From Squalus acanthias (lineage: Eukaryota), in contig CM059430.1 in NCBI GenBank assembly GCA_030390025.1, positions 73,904,001 to 73,968,000 on the forward strand: DNA of 64,000 nt, written 5' to 3'. The notes beneath the pieces are model-generated. The model searched no databases. It was not told where the DNA came from and saw only the letters and a list, made by a program, of their open reading frames with translations. The translations under genes were made by a program, and so were the position numbers. Shown here one piece after another: positions 13,570 through 26,859 of the stretch (its first letter is position 1; the number at the start of each line of letters is the position of its first letter).

Positions 13570-14020
13570 TTAGGTTGATACATGAATGATAGAATGATAG
13601 ATAGAGTGATACATGATAGACAGATAAATAAATAACGGATATATGTTTGAATCTAGATAGATATGGGGAGGATAGTTGATAAATAAAAGATAGATATATG
13701 ATAGATAGATAGTATACTGAATGATAGAGAGAAAAATAGACATACCGATAGCTGAGGTATAAACAGTTAAATAATAGATAGATATAGAGATAAATATATA
13801 TATAGTCAGAAAAAAGATAGATACAGAGAAAATAGATGATAATAAGTTAAAAACATATGTAGATATATAATATCTATGTAGGTAGCTAGATGGATGATGG
13901 TTAGATAGATAGATAGATAGATAGATACATAGATAGATGGATAGGTAAATAGATAGCAATTGATGGATGGTTGATGATAGATAGACAGATAGAATCTATG
14001 AAGCTAGATAGGCAGACATG
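13570..14020. repeat. Degenerate (GATA)n/(TAGA)n microsatellite
   Basis: Runs such as tagatagatagatagatagatagatac. Confidence 0.9.
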
Positions 14021-15274
14021 CAGAAAATGCAGCATCATATATTTGCATGACTTAGCGACTGCTCAGCGTTTCTTGCGATCCTCAAAATATTTTAGTAATT
14101 TGATCACCCAGTTAAATAATGCGTCTCAAAATGGTGCGTGACACTGCCAGTCAGCAAGCCGAATACCGCTCTGGATTAAAATCCAGCTCTTCAAGGTACA
14201 TTTCAACTTGCTGCCGGGCGGAAACCTGATATTGAGGATGGGTCGCCATTTTCAACATTTCCAGCATCCGCTGAACCTTGGAATTTGCCCAATTGTTCCC
14301 TGAGTAAAATGTAATGACGTAAAAGCACAGTCTTTAGAAAGTGTGGGATAAATTTTACAACAGGTTATTGCTGAAATATATGTTAATTGAATTCGCTTGT
14401 ACATGCGCTATGCACGTTGTTCGTACATTTTAATGTCTGTTTTTCCTATCAAGGCATTTCTGACTTCACTAAATATTTCCGCTGCTTTGTCTCAAACTCG
14501 GTCAACAATTTTGCAATTGGTAAATGAAACGTCTTGATTAACAGCCAAGATTATAACGTCACTTGGTATAAAGATGATCCGGAGATTGAGTTTAGTATAA
14601 AATTGACGGCGAAAATTTGCGCAGAGTTGATGGAGGCTAGTTGAGCATATGCTGGGCCCATCTTTCTTTGTTACCATATGCTCTATTCCAGCAAAGGTCA
14701 TACCACAGCGACCAAGGATGCAGAAGCTGTCATTTAAATTGCCATCAGTGGCATAGCTCCGTAATAAGCCTCCGACGCGCCAAACACGTACGAATTAACT
14801 CCTGGTGTCTCGGTTGCAAAGAGTTGCGATCTCGATGGCGCGAAATGGGTGCTAATGCCGTAGGACCAGGGCGAGGCGAATCCAGCGCTACACGGCAAAT
14901 CTGGTTCCCCGTTGCGCTGCCGCTACAATGTACATTGGAGAATTCAATGCCAGGCAAATCATGACATCAGGGCCGGTAGAAATGCAGAATGAATTTTCGC
15001 CAAGTATCTTAGCAACTGAAGCAGACAGCGACAGGTAGAGGAGGCGTCAAGCAGGGGGAAGCCGGCTACAGGAATGTTGTTTAAAGGGATCATGAGCAAT
15101 GACTCCCAGCTGTCAGGTTAGTCGAGTTTCAGTGCTTTCTTGTCAGTTTGACATTTTGCAACAGTTTAATTCAGTAATTTAAAGTTTCTTCTGTTTTGGG
15201 GGTGTTGTGGTAACAATTTTTTTTTACACATTTATTGTTTAAAAATATCTAAGTGCTACACTTGGCTTACATTA

Positions 15275-18200
15275 TTGGGGGCTGTACTGGCAGTCGAACC
15301 CGCCCTCCAGGACCGACGGTAGTGAGAGCGGAGGCAATGAGAAATACCGGAATATGTGGCCAGAGGGAGGATGAGGGCCATCAGAGATCTCAATACCCTC
15401 TGAGGAGATTCCGAGATAGTTCTACCTCCAATTAAGTAAGGAGCAGTGTATTAGAAGGCTCCACTTCACCAAGGATGTGTTCAAAGAAGACTTCCACCTC
15501 TCGCAACCAGACCTCCAGCCTCAGGTCACTGCGACTCCGGCTATCTCAGTGGCAGTCAAGTTCACCACCACTCTCAATTTCTTCTCCAGTGTATCCTTCC
15601 AATCTGCAACAGGAGACATATCTAAAATATCGTAGTTCGCCATCCATTGCTGTATCGGTGAGGTCAATGAGTCTCTCTACAGTACGAGATGGGATTACAT
15701 TTCCTTCCTCATCACCAGAGGCGGTTTAAATCAAACATGGCCACAGTAAATACTAATTCTAATAGGTCCATGAGCGTTAAAAATACAAGCCTGAAGGCTT
15801 TGTGTCTTAATGCAAGGAGCATTCGGAACATGGTGGATCAATTAGCTGCGTAAATAGAGGTAAACGAATATGATTTGATTGGGATTACCGGAACATGGCT
15901 CCAGGGTGGCCAAGGCTGGGTACTCAACATCCAGGTGTACTCAATATTCAGGAAAGATAGGCAAAAAGGAAAGGGTGGTGGGGTAGCATTGCTGGTAAAA
16001 GAGGGGATTAACACAATTGAAAGGAAGGATATCAGCTCTGATGATGTGGAATGTTATGGGTTGAACTGAGGAATAACAAGAGGCAGAAAACGTTAGTGGG
16101 AGTGATATATAAACATCCAAACAGTAATGCAGAGTTTGGGGATGGCATTAAAAGGGAAATTAGAGAAGCGTGAAATAAGGGAGCAGCAGTCATCATGGGT
16201 GACTTTAATCTACATATAGATTGGGCTAACCAAATTAGTAACAATACTATGGAGGAGGAATTCCTGGAGTGTTTACGGGATGGTTTCCTGGACCAATATA
16301 TCGAGGAACCAACCAGAGATCAGGCCATCTTACACTGGGTATTATGCAATGAGAAAGGATTAATTAGCAAACTTGTTGTGCGAGGTCCCTTGGGTCGGAG
16401 CGATCATAATATGATAGATTTATTCATTAGGATGGAGAGTGAAGTAGTTGACTCAGAGACTAAGGTCCTGAATTTAAATAAAGGAAACTACGATGGTATG
16501 AGGTGCGAGTTGGGTAGGATTGATTTGGCAATGTCACTCAAAGGGTTGACGGTGGACAGGCAATGGCAATCTACTGGAATTTTTTGAGCATGTAGCTGGT
16601 AAAATAGATAAGGGAGAACCAGTAGATTTGGACTTCCAAAAGGCTTTTGATAAGGTCCCGCATAAGTGATTAGCGTGTAAACTTAAAGCACATGGGATTG
16701 GGGGCAAGGAAATGACTTGGAAAGAGAACTCGTTGGCAGACAGAAAGCAAAGAATTGGAATAAACGGGTATTTTTCCGAGTGGCAGGCACTGACTAGTGG
16801 GGTACCGCATGGATCGGTCCTTGGACTCCAGTTATTCACAATATATATTAATGATCTAGAAAAGGGAACTAGTTGTAATATCTCCAAGTTTGCAGACGAC
16901 ACAAAACCGGGTTGGCGTGTGTGATGCGAGGAGGATGCCGAGAAACTCCAGGATGATTTGGACAGGTTGGGTGATTGGGCAGAAGCGTGGCAGATGCAAT
17001 ATAACGTGGATAAATGCGAGGTTATCCACTTTGGTGTCAAAAACAGAAAGGCAGATTATTGTCTGAATGGCAATAGATTGGGAGAAGGGAAAGTGCAACG
17101 AGACCTGGGTGTCCTTGTGCACCAGTCGCTGAAGGTATGCATGCAGGTGCAGCTGGCAGTTAAGAAGGCAAATGGTATGTTGGCCTTCATAGCGAGAGGG
17201 TTTGAGTACAGGAACAAGGATGACTTGGTGCAGTTGTATAGGGCCTTGGTGCGACCACACCTTGAGTACTGTGTGCTGTTTTGGTCGCCTTATCTGAGGA
17301 AGGATGTTCTTGCCATGGAAGTAGTTCAGCGAAGATTCACAAGGCTGATACCTGGGAAGGCAGGAATGACGTATGAAGAGAGATTGGGTCGATTGGGCTT
17401 ATACTCGCTGGAGTTTAGAAGAATGAGAGGGGATCACATTGAAACTTATAAAATTCTGACAGGACAGGACAAACTAGATGCAGGGAGGATGTTCCCGATA
17501 GTCGGGGAGTCCAGAACCAGGGGTCACAGTCTAAGGATAAGGGGTAAGCCATTTAGGACAGAAATGAGGAGGAGTTTCTTCACCCACAGAGTGGTGAACC
17601 TGTGGACTTCTCTGCCACCGTAGGCAGTAGAAGCCAATTCATCAAATAGATTCAAGAAGGATTTGGATATATTTCTTACGGCTAAAGGGATCAAGGGATA
17701 TGGCGAGAAAGCAGGAACAGGATACTGAATTTGGATGATCAGCCATGATCACATTGAATGGCGGAGCAGGCTAGAGGGGCCTAATGGCCTACTCCTACTC
17801 CTATCTTCTATGAAGACAAGCAGGACAAGCGTGCATGTGTCTTTTTCAGCTAAGCGTGATTTCCCATGGTGCAGGGCGCCATTGACTGCACCAACGTGGC
17901 TTTGCGGGCACGGCATGACAATCCTGAGGTCTGCCATGACAGGAAAGTTTAACACTCAATTAACGTGCAGTTGCTGTGCAACCATACCCAGCCAATCCTC
18001 AATATGAATGCCCGCTATCCTGGCAGCAGCCACGATGCCTTCAGCCTGTGCCAGACCACTATGCCAGCACTCTTCCAGCCACAACGTCAAACTCATGGTG
18101 GCTGCATAGAGACGAGGGCATCCGCTACATACCTGGCTCATAAATCCCCTTTGCAACACCACAACTTCTGCACTGCAGTCATATAATGACAGCTATGCTG

Positions 18201-18550
18201 CGAACAGCTACAATATCGAGCAGAACATCCAGGTGCTCAATTCACGGTTCTGCTGCATTGAGTGCTCTGGAGGAGCCCTGCGGTACTGGGCTGAGCGGGT
18301 GTCACATTTCCTGCTGGTCTGCCGCATGCCCCAAAACGTGGCCATTAGGAAGGCCCAGCCCTTGCCCCCAGGGATTGTGGGAAAACCTCAGGAGGATGAA
18401 GAGGGAAAGGAGGAGAAGGAGGAGGATGCAAAGAATGAGGGAAATAAGGAAGGCAGGGAGGAGGAACAGGAGAAAGGGAGGTTGCAGCCAATGAATTGGC
18501 CTTCCGGAAGGGAAGTCCGCGATCGCCTCATCAGACTACAGTTCCAAGAA
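15275..18550 (+). pseudogene. Harbinger DDE transposase (HARBI1-like), disrupted; split by CR1 at 15722-17811
   Basis: YPLRRFR..LSKEQCIRRLHFTK, LSVAVKFTTTLNFFSSVSFQSATGD, FPMVQGAIDCTNVALRA, HSINVQLLCNH..MNARYPGSSHDAF, acidic tail and GREVRDRLI; stops and frameshifts. Confidence 0.9.
15722..17811 (+). mobile_element. CR1 LINE with internal deletion (EN joined directly to RT near 16570)
   Basis: CLNARSI, IGITGTW, MGDFN..SDHN (EN); FTIYINDL..FADDTK, HLEYCVLFWSPY (RT); 3' stem-loop region and ctcctatcttctatg tail. Confidence 0.92.
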
Positions 18551-18715
18551 ATTAAATCCCAGATCCCTGTTGCTCAACACATCCGCATCATTCCATCCCT
18601 TTTCAACGCCATTTCACAGCGCAAATTTGAATTGAGGGACACCACAAAATAACCCAAGCTGAATTAATAAATGTATCAATAATAAGTGAACACATATAAA
18701 CAAGAACAATATTAA

Positions 18716-20615
18716 CTACTCAGGCTTGATCAAACCCTTTGTTTCTCTCGTTACTGTGCCTTTCCTTATTCTCGTGCTCCGATGACGTGTTGGCTCAGTG
18801 GCTGCAGCAGGGTTAGTGTAAGTCTGCTGAGTGCCTGCGCAGGAGACTTCAGATGGCCTTGCAGGACGAACTCCACCAGCTTTGAGACTAGAAGACCCGC
18901 CTGTAGACTGCACCACCTCAGCATGAGTGGCAGCAGGCTGGGCTGGCTGGATGACAGGCAGCAACAAGCGCAATGCCAGGGAGGCAGTTTTGGCAACAGG
19001 AATGCTGTCATCCTGAGAGAGCACAGCAGGCTCCTGCTCCACTGACCGACTGCCACTCCCCCGGGGTCGCATCTCGGCATACGTAGCAATCTGTTGGAGC
19101 AAAGATTGCTGGCCTGCTGTGACATTGTTAAAGCCCCGGTATCTCGTGATAAACCCAGACATGATGCCAGCAGTCAGAGCTTGCGTTGCATCAAGCTCTG
19201 ACTGCATGAGTGCAGTCTGAGATTGAATGCCACAAAACATTAAATGCATTACATCACTAAGACGTTGCGTCGCTTCCATTTGTGCTTCAGTGGAAGCTGC
19301 AAGATCGCCCATCACAAATGGCATCAGGTCTGGGTCGACACGATCTCTCGGGGAGTTTACCATCCTTTGCAGACTGGAAATGAACGCCTCAATGGGGTGG
19401 ACAGAGCCTTGCGCAATGCTGAAGGCGGACTCTTCCTTGCTACTTATCATTTTAGAGAAGCTCTCGGGCACCCTTGTCATTGCACCAATCATCTCCGTGT
19501 ATATGCCGATAACCCTTCTTCTAAATTATTCCCCATCGATGTCCACATCTGGGTCTTGTGGAAAAGAACTTGCGCGTCATCCCGCCCTTTAGGGGGCTGG
19601 TCCCTGAGCTACCCTTTGCCGCTGGCCTTGCTGCAACCGACACGTCCCCGGTGATACACCCTGTGCTAATCCCGCTACTAGCCTCGAAAGAAGACGTAAT
19701 GCCAATATCTAATCTGGCGCCTGTGGGTGAGACATGCAGTGACCTGGTGTGTTCTTCCTCCTCCTCTTCTCCTGCCACGCACTCAATGGTGCCCTCAGGG
19801 ACAGGCTGCTCAGGGGCTTGCTGATTAACTGAAAGCATAAAGGCACAAGGGTCGGGTTAAGATGAACGGAGAGGGCAGGAAGGGATAAATGAATGCATAC
19901 AGCATGATTTGTTGGAAAGTGCGAAACGCTTGTGGGGTGAGGGGTAAGTGGGATGTGAGAATAAGTAGTAGGGATGAACATACCTTTGCTGTCCGCAAGG
20001 GGATCAACATCGCCGGCGGACATGGCGCCCGGCTCCTGGAGCCCAATCATTGGCAACACACTTTCCTCCAACTGAGACAGTGGTTGGTTCTCGGCTTGTC
20101 CCTATAATGTGCGCTCCTGCTCCCTCCTGTTGAGACCCAACTTGGCCTTCAAGATAAATGGAAGTGTGTGACTGCGTGTGCAGGAATGTGTTTGCGGAAT
20201 GAGTCTGCCATAGTTGAATAGCTGACATTGTGTGTAAGGTGTGAGATGTGGGTGTGAGTGTTGGTTGTAAGAGATTGTTGATGGGTGATTGCTGGTGATG
20301 TGGTTCTTTGGGCAGTTTGTGAAGACTATGGTTCAGACAGTGGTATGTAACATCTGTGGAAGCTTTGACACACCCTGACCACCCGAGGGAGGTAGGTAAA
20401 TTGATTCCTGATATGTTTGTGGGTCCTGGGGAACACAGTGCTGCGCGAGATGAGCTGGGCTACCTCCCTCCAAATGGTGCAGAGTACTTGCGGCGAGGGC
20501 CTCCTGCCACTTTTTGGGTAAAGCACTGCCCTGCCTCTCTCCACAGCAAACACCAATACTTCCAATGCCTGATCGCAGAGTCTGCGGGCTCTCTCCCTCG
20601 GGCATGGATCGAATT
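18716..20615 (-). pseudogene. Harbinger Myb/SANT-like DNA-binding protein gene, 3 exons (~20615-20374, 20146-19984, 19828-18716); start probably displaced to ~23775 by the LINE insertion
   Basis: ALEVLVFAVE..LYP..W.EVA..IS....PRT..IRNQF..L (Myb/SANT), exon 2 AKLGLNRREQERT..LSQLEE..IG, canonical GT/AG sites, low-complexity exon 3. Confidence 0.8.
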
Positions 20616-23600
20616 TTCTTTTTGTTTATGGGATGTGGGCGTCGCTGGAAACAGCGGCATTTAAAGTGCATCATTAATTTGCCCTTGAGAATGTGGTGGT
20701 GAATCTCCTTCTTAGAAAGCTCCAGTCCGTGTGGTGAAGATACTCCCACAGTGCCCTTTAGTAGGGAGTTTCAGGATTTGGATCCAGTGAAGATGAAGTA
20801 TCGGCGATATACTTCTAAGTCAGGATGGTGTGTGACTTGGCGGAGAACGTGGAATGGTGGTGTTCCCGTGCACCTTTTGCCCTCATGCACATGCTGCCCT
20901 TTTCGTTCTAGGTGGATGAGCTCGCGGGTTTGAGAGGTGCTGCCGAAGTAGCCTTGTCGAGTTGCTACAGTGCATCTTATAGATGGTACAAACTGCAGCC
21001 ACGGTAGTGCGGTGGTGGAGAAAGTGTCTGTTTAATGTGTTGGATGGGGTGCCAATCAAGCGTGCTGCTTTGTCCCGGATGGTGTCGAGCTTTTTGAGTG
21101 TTGGAGCTTCAATCATCAAGGCAAGTGGAGAATATTCCATCACACTCCATACTTGTGCCTTGTTGATGGTGGAAAGGCTTCGGGGAGTCAGGAGGTGAGA
21201 CACTCGACGCAGAATACATAGCCTCTGACCTGCTCTATTTGCCACAGTATTTATGTGGCAGGTACAGTTATGCTTCTTGTCAATAGTGACCCCCAGGATG
21301 TTGATGTTGGGTGATTCGGTGGATGGTAATGCCGTTGAATGTCAAGGGCGGTGGTTAGAATCTCGTTTGTTGAAGATAGCGATTGCTTGGCACTTCTGTG
21401 GCGTGAATGTTACCTGCCACGTATCAGCCCACGCCTGAACGTCATCCAGGTATTGCTGCATGCGAGCATGGAATGCTTCATTATCTGAGGACTTGTAAAA
21501 GGCGCTGAACACTGTGCAGTCATCAGTGAACATCTCAATTTCTGACTTTATGTTAAAGGGAAGGTCGTTGAAGAAGCAGCTGAGGATGGTTGGGCAAAGG
21601 ACACTGCTCTCAGGAACTCATGCAGCGTTGTCCTGGAGCTTTCACGATTGACCTTCAACCACCAGAACCACCTTCCTTTGCTAGGTATGACTCCAGGCTG
21701 TGGAGAGTTTTCCCCCCGATTCCCATTGACTTCAGTTTTACTCGGTCTCCTTGAAGCCACACTCGTTCAAGTGCTGCCTTGATGTCAAGGGTAGTCACTC
21801 TCACCTCACCTCTGGAATTCGGCTCCTTTTTCATGTTTGGACCAAGGCTGTAATAAGGTCGGGAGCCGAGTGGTCGTAGCGGAACCCAAATTGGGCAAGA
21901 GTGAGCTGTATATTGACGAGTAAGTGCTGCTTGAAAGCAGTGTTGATGACATCTTCCATCACTTTGCTGAAGATTGAGAATAGACTGATGGGGTGGTAAT
22001 TGGCCGGAAAGAAATTGTCATACTTTTTGTGGACAGGACATAACTGGGCAGTTTTCCACATTGTCGGATAGATGCCAGGATTGTAGCTGTACTGGAACAG
22101 ATTGGCTAGAGGCGCGGCTAGTTCTGGCGCACAAATCTTCAGCACGATAGCAGGGATGTTGTCGGGGCCGATAGACTTTGCGGCATCCAGTGCGCTCAAC
22201 CGTTTCTTGTTGTCACGTGGAGTGAATCGATTTGGCTGAAGACTGGCTTTTGAGATGGTGGGGACCTCAGGAGGAGCTGATATGGATCATCGACTCGACA
22301 CTTCTGGCTGAAGCTGGTTGCAAATGCTTCAGCCTTGTCTTTCGCACCCAAGTGCTGGGCTCCATCATTGATGATGGGGATATTCATGCAGCATCCTCCT
22401 CCAATTAGTTGTTTAATGGTCCATCACCATTCACGACTGGATGTGGCAGGACTGCAGAACTTTGATCTGATCCGTTGATTGTGGGAGCGCTTAGCCCTGT
22501 CGATAATCTGTTGCTTCCGCTTTTTAGCTTGCATGTAGTCCTGTGTTGCAATTTCCCCAGGTTGTTCCCTCCATTTTAGGAACCCATGATGCTGCTCCTG
22601 GAATGCTCTTCTACACTCCTTATTGAACAAGTGTTGGTCCCCTGGCTTGATGGTAATGGTAGAGATGGGGAATTTCTGGACGATGAGTTTACAGATTGTG
22701 GTGGTATACAATTCTGCTGCTGCTGATGGCCCACTGCGCCTCATGGATGCCCAGTTTAGAGCTGCTAGTTCTGTTTTCAATCTATCCCATTTAGCACGGT
22801 GGTAGTGGCACACAAAACGATGGAATTTGTCCTTTGTGTGAAGACGGCACTTCTTCTAGACAATGACTGTGCATGGTCACTGCGACCAATACTGTCATGT
22901 GCAGGTGCATCTGCGACATATAGATTGGTGAGGACGAGGCCATGTAGATTTTTCCCTCACTTTGGTACTCTCACCACCTGTCGCAGACCCAGAGTGAGAG
23001 CTATGTCTTCCAGGACTCCGCCAGCTCGGTTCATCGTGGTGCTACCGAGCCACTCTTTCTGATGGACATTGAAGTCCCACATCCAGAGTACATTCTGTGC
23101 CCTTTCTACTCTCAGTGCTTCTTCCATGTGGTGTTCAACATGGAGCAGTAAAGAGTCATCAGATGAGGGAGGACGGTATTTCATAATCAGCAGGAGATGT
23201 CCTTGCCCATGCTTGTCTTGAAGACATGAGGCGTCATGGGGTCCGAAGTCAATGTTAAGCGCTCACAGGGCCACTTCTACCGGACTGGATAACACTGTGC
23301 CGCCACCCCTGGTACGTCTGTCCTGACGGCGGGAATGGTGATGGCGGAATCTGGGACATTGGAAGAAAAGTCTGATTCTGTGAGTATGAATATGTCAGGC
23401 TGTTGTTTGAAAAGTCTGTGCGACAGACCTCCCAATTTTGGCACAGTTCTCCAGATTTTGGTGAGGGGGAATTTGCAGGGTCGACTGGGTTGGTTGTGTC
23501 ATTGCTGTGTCCGTAGACAGTGCCGAAGTCGGTGCCGGGTGTTCCGTCCAGTTTAATTCTTATTATTGTGTTTCGTAGCGGTTTGTTACAACTAAGTGGC

Positions 23601-23768
23601 TTGCTAGGCCATTTCAGATGGCAGTTAAGATTCAACCACATTGCCGTGAGTCTAGTGTCACATATTGGCCATACCAGGTAATTACAGCAGATTTCCTTCC
23701 CTGAAGGACATTAGTGAAACAGATGAGATTTTACAGCAATCCGATATTTTCATGGCCGCCATCACTAT
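20612..23768 (-). mobile_element. Near full-length Zenon-like CR1-group LINE (short 5' UTR, APE, RT, 3' tail)
   Basis: YRPPS..WDFNVH (EN), GPDNIPAIVLKICAPELAAPL, NYHPISLFS, MFTDDCT, LDTIRDKAARLIG..HRTTVAAVCTIYKMH; tail at ~20615. Confidence 0.9.
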
Positions 23769-24144
23769 CTGCCATCAATAGTGCTGCTTGAGATGTCAAG
23801 CTTCTTCTGCTTGATCTGCTGCTGCTTGCTGATGCAGCTGCACAGCCTGCAATACTGAGATTGAGGTGCTGCAGCATCATGAACCTCCCCTTTAAGAACA
23901 GGTAACAGCATGTAGCAATAATGACTTGCTCTTAAACCGCACCTGATATTGGTCAAGCCTTTGAGTCTAACATCAATTAAGTGGAGCTTTAATGCTTGAT
24001 TTAACACTCCAATCATTTATTTGAGTAATAACAAGAATTCTGTGTGCAGTCTCAAGTAATAGCGCCCGGTGCTAATTCTCAAACGTTTCTAAAGGTACTG
24101 CCCATTACTGGCCTATAATGAATTTCAAGCCCCTGCAGTTTCTT

Positions 24145-26835
24145 CTACCTCCTCTTTATCAATTTTATCCAATCCAGTATCTCAGCTACTTTCCCTTGAA
24201 ATATGAAGTTAGCAACATTTTCTTCCTTGCTAAAGGCAGATGCAAAGTATTCATTTAGTGCCTCATCCATGACCTCTACCTCCATGCGTAGATCTCCATG
24301 TTGTACCCTGATCGGTCCCACCCCTCTTCTTACTACGTGTTTACTATTTATGTGCTTACAGAAGACTTTTGGTCTCCCTTTTGTGATAGCTGCCAATCTA
24401 TTCTCATATTCTCTCTTTGCCCCTCTTATTCCATTTTCACTTCCACTCTGCACTTTCTATATTCAGCCTGGATCTTACTTGCATTCTCAACCTGACATCT
24501 GTCACACGTCCCCATTTTCTGCTTCATCTTACTCTCTACCTCTTTCATCATCGAGGGAGATCTGGCTTTGGTTGCCTTACCTTTCCCCCTCGTAGATATG
24601 TGCCTCGAATGTAACCGATCCATCTCCACTTTAAAGGCAGCCGGTTGTTCGATTACAATTTTGCCTGCCAATATTTGATTGCAATTTACCTGGGCTTGAT
24701 CCATTCTCAACACACGCAAATTGGCCTTCCTATAATTAAGGATTTATACTCTAGATTGCTCCCTGTCCTTTTCCATCGCTAATCTAAAGGTTATGATACT
24801 ATGATCACTGTTCCCTAAATAATCCCCTAGTGGCACTTGCTCCACTTGATTCACCTCGTTCCCCAGAACCAGATCCAGCAATGCTTCCTTCCTCGTTTGG
24901 GCGGATACATATCAATCAAAACAGCTCTCTTGAACGCAGTTCAGAAATTCTTATCCCTCTCCGCACATTACACTGTTTCTATTCCGGTCTATATTAGGAT
25001 AGTTGCAGTCGCCCATTATCTCTACTCTATAGTTCTTCACCTCTCTGTAATTTCCCTGCAAATGCTCCTCTGTATCCTTCCCACTAGTTGCTGGCCTATA
25101 GAATACAAATAGTAGTTTAATGGCACCTCTATAGCTTCTTACGTCTCACCAAATGGATTCTGTAATTCACCCCTCCAGAACACCCTCTCTCTCCAGCACT
25201 TTAATATACCCCTTAATCAATACTGCCACCCCATGTCCTTCCTTTCCTTCCCTATCATTCCTAAACACTTTATATGCAGGGGTATGTAGTACCCAATCCT
25301 GACCTTTTTTGAGCCATGTCTCCGTTATCGCCACGACATCCTATTCACATGTGCCTATTTGCATCTGACGCCCACGAACCGGATTTACCACGCTTCTTGC
25401 GTTTACACACATGCAAATCTATCTTAGACCTTCTTGTCTTCTCTCTTATTCTGAACGGACCTCATATCGTTTAATTTCTAACTCTAGTGCTTTCAGTCTC
25501 TCCCAATCCTTTGTGCACCTTGTTTCTCCGTTATGTTGCTGCACCCTGATGCCCATTACCAGCACAATTAGTTTAATCCCTTCCCAACAGCACTGTCAAG
25601 CCCCACCCGCCACAACCCAACCCAGCGACGACATTCGTCCTAGCTCTGTTGAAGTGAAACCCGTCCGGACTGTACAATTCCAAACTCCCCCTGAAACGGT
25701 CCCAATGTCCCAGGAATCTAAAGTCCTCTCTCCTGCACCTTCTCTCCAGCCACGCATTCATCTGCTCTCTCCTTCTATTTCTATATTCACTCGCTCGTGG
25801 TATCGGGAGCAATTCTGAAATTACTAATTTTGAGGTCCTTCATACAAATCTATTTCCTAGCTCCCTAAAATGTGTTTGCAGTACAACTTCCCTCTTTCCT
25901 TTTATGTCATTGATGCCGATGTGGACCACGACGTCTTGCTGTTCACTATACCCCGCAGGAAGTCCTGCAGCTTCTACATGATACTTTTGTCCCTGGCACC
26001 AGGGAGACAACATACCATCCCGGAATCACGTGTGCGGCAGCAGAGACGCCTGTCTGTTTACCTAACTACTGAATCCCCCATCACTATTGCTTTCACAATA
26101 TTCCTTCGCACCGCCCCCCCCCCCCTTCCCCACAACCATCCCGCTCTGTACAGCTGAGCCACCCATCGTGCCGGGGACTTGGCTCTGGCTGGTGAGGTGC
26201 ACTTAGGGAACTCCTGCACTATCTGTCTAGGTCACCTTGTCTGTCTGGCAATGACCCATTCCCTCTCTTACTGCACAATCTTAAGCTACGGGTTGAGCTC
26301 CTATTGAAACGTGCTATCCACTAGCACTCAGCCTTATGGATGCATCGCAGTGCCGGCAGCTGCTGGTCAAGCTGCATAACTCAGAGCTCGAGCTCCCCCA
26401 GCTGACGATACTTCCTGCACATGTGGTTGTCCAGGACAGGGGAAGTGTCCTGGCGGTCCCTCGTGGCACAAGATTTCCATTCCACGGGACTGAGATACCG
26501 TGTCATGCCTCTATTTAATGGATTCTTAAATAACTTAACAGAATTAAACTCCAGACTTAAAAAAATTAACAGCTACTCACCAATCAGCTGCTTCCGTAGT
26601 TTTGACGTCACTTTAGTTTTTTATAACTCGCTCCCTGAAGGTGGCACTCCCTCAAGGCTCCGGACTCACGGACCTACCTTTATCTCCTGCAGCTCCTCTC
26701 TCTCTACCGCATGTCCGCTCTCGGGTCTACCTTTATCTCTGGCCGCTCCTCTCGCTCTCCCGCAGGTGCACTCTCGGGCCGACCTTTATCTCCAGCCGTT
26801 CCTCTCGCTCTTCCACAAGTCCCCTCTCAGGGCTA
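24145..26835 (-). mobile_element. CR1 LINE 5' half (5' UTR, ORF1 zinc finger and SGNH esterase, EN)
   Basis: MLPIPRASEYRNRR..MNAWLERRCRREDFRFLGHW..DGFH (esterase), AKREYENRLA..LNEYFASAF. Confidence 0.88.
26671..26831 (-). repeat. Three ~53-bp tandem monomers in the CR1 5' UTR
   Basis: acctttatctc..gc.gctcctctcgctctcccgca.gtcc.ctctcgg repeated three times. Confidence 0.8.
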
Positions 26836-26859
26836 TTAAATAAGACTCCTTACAGATGG

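Larger units (their letters stand above)
14593..24132. mobile_element. Near full-length PIF/Harbinger DNA transposon relic with two convergent genes, interrupted by two LINEs
   Basis: Plus-strand DDE transposase and minus-strand Myb/SANT gene converge at ~18550-18716; right end AATTTCAAGCCC at 24121-24132; left end uncertain. Confidence 0.8.

Noticed and set aside
13570-13959. 129-aa hydrophobic ORF (YLSI repeats)
   Set aside because: Translation of the (GATA)n microsatellite
15275-20615. Domesticated HARBI1/NAIF1 host genes
   Set aside because: Both genes have stops, frameshifts and LINE insertions and lie in a transposon configuration
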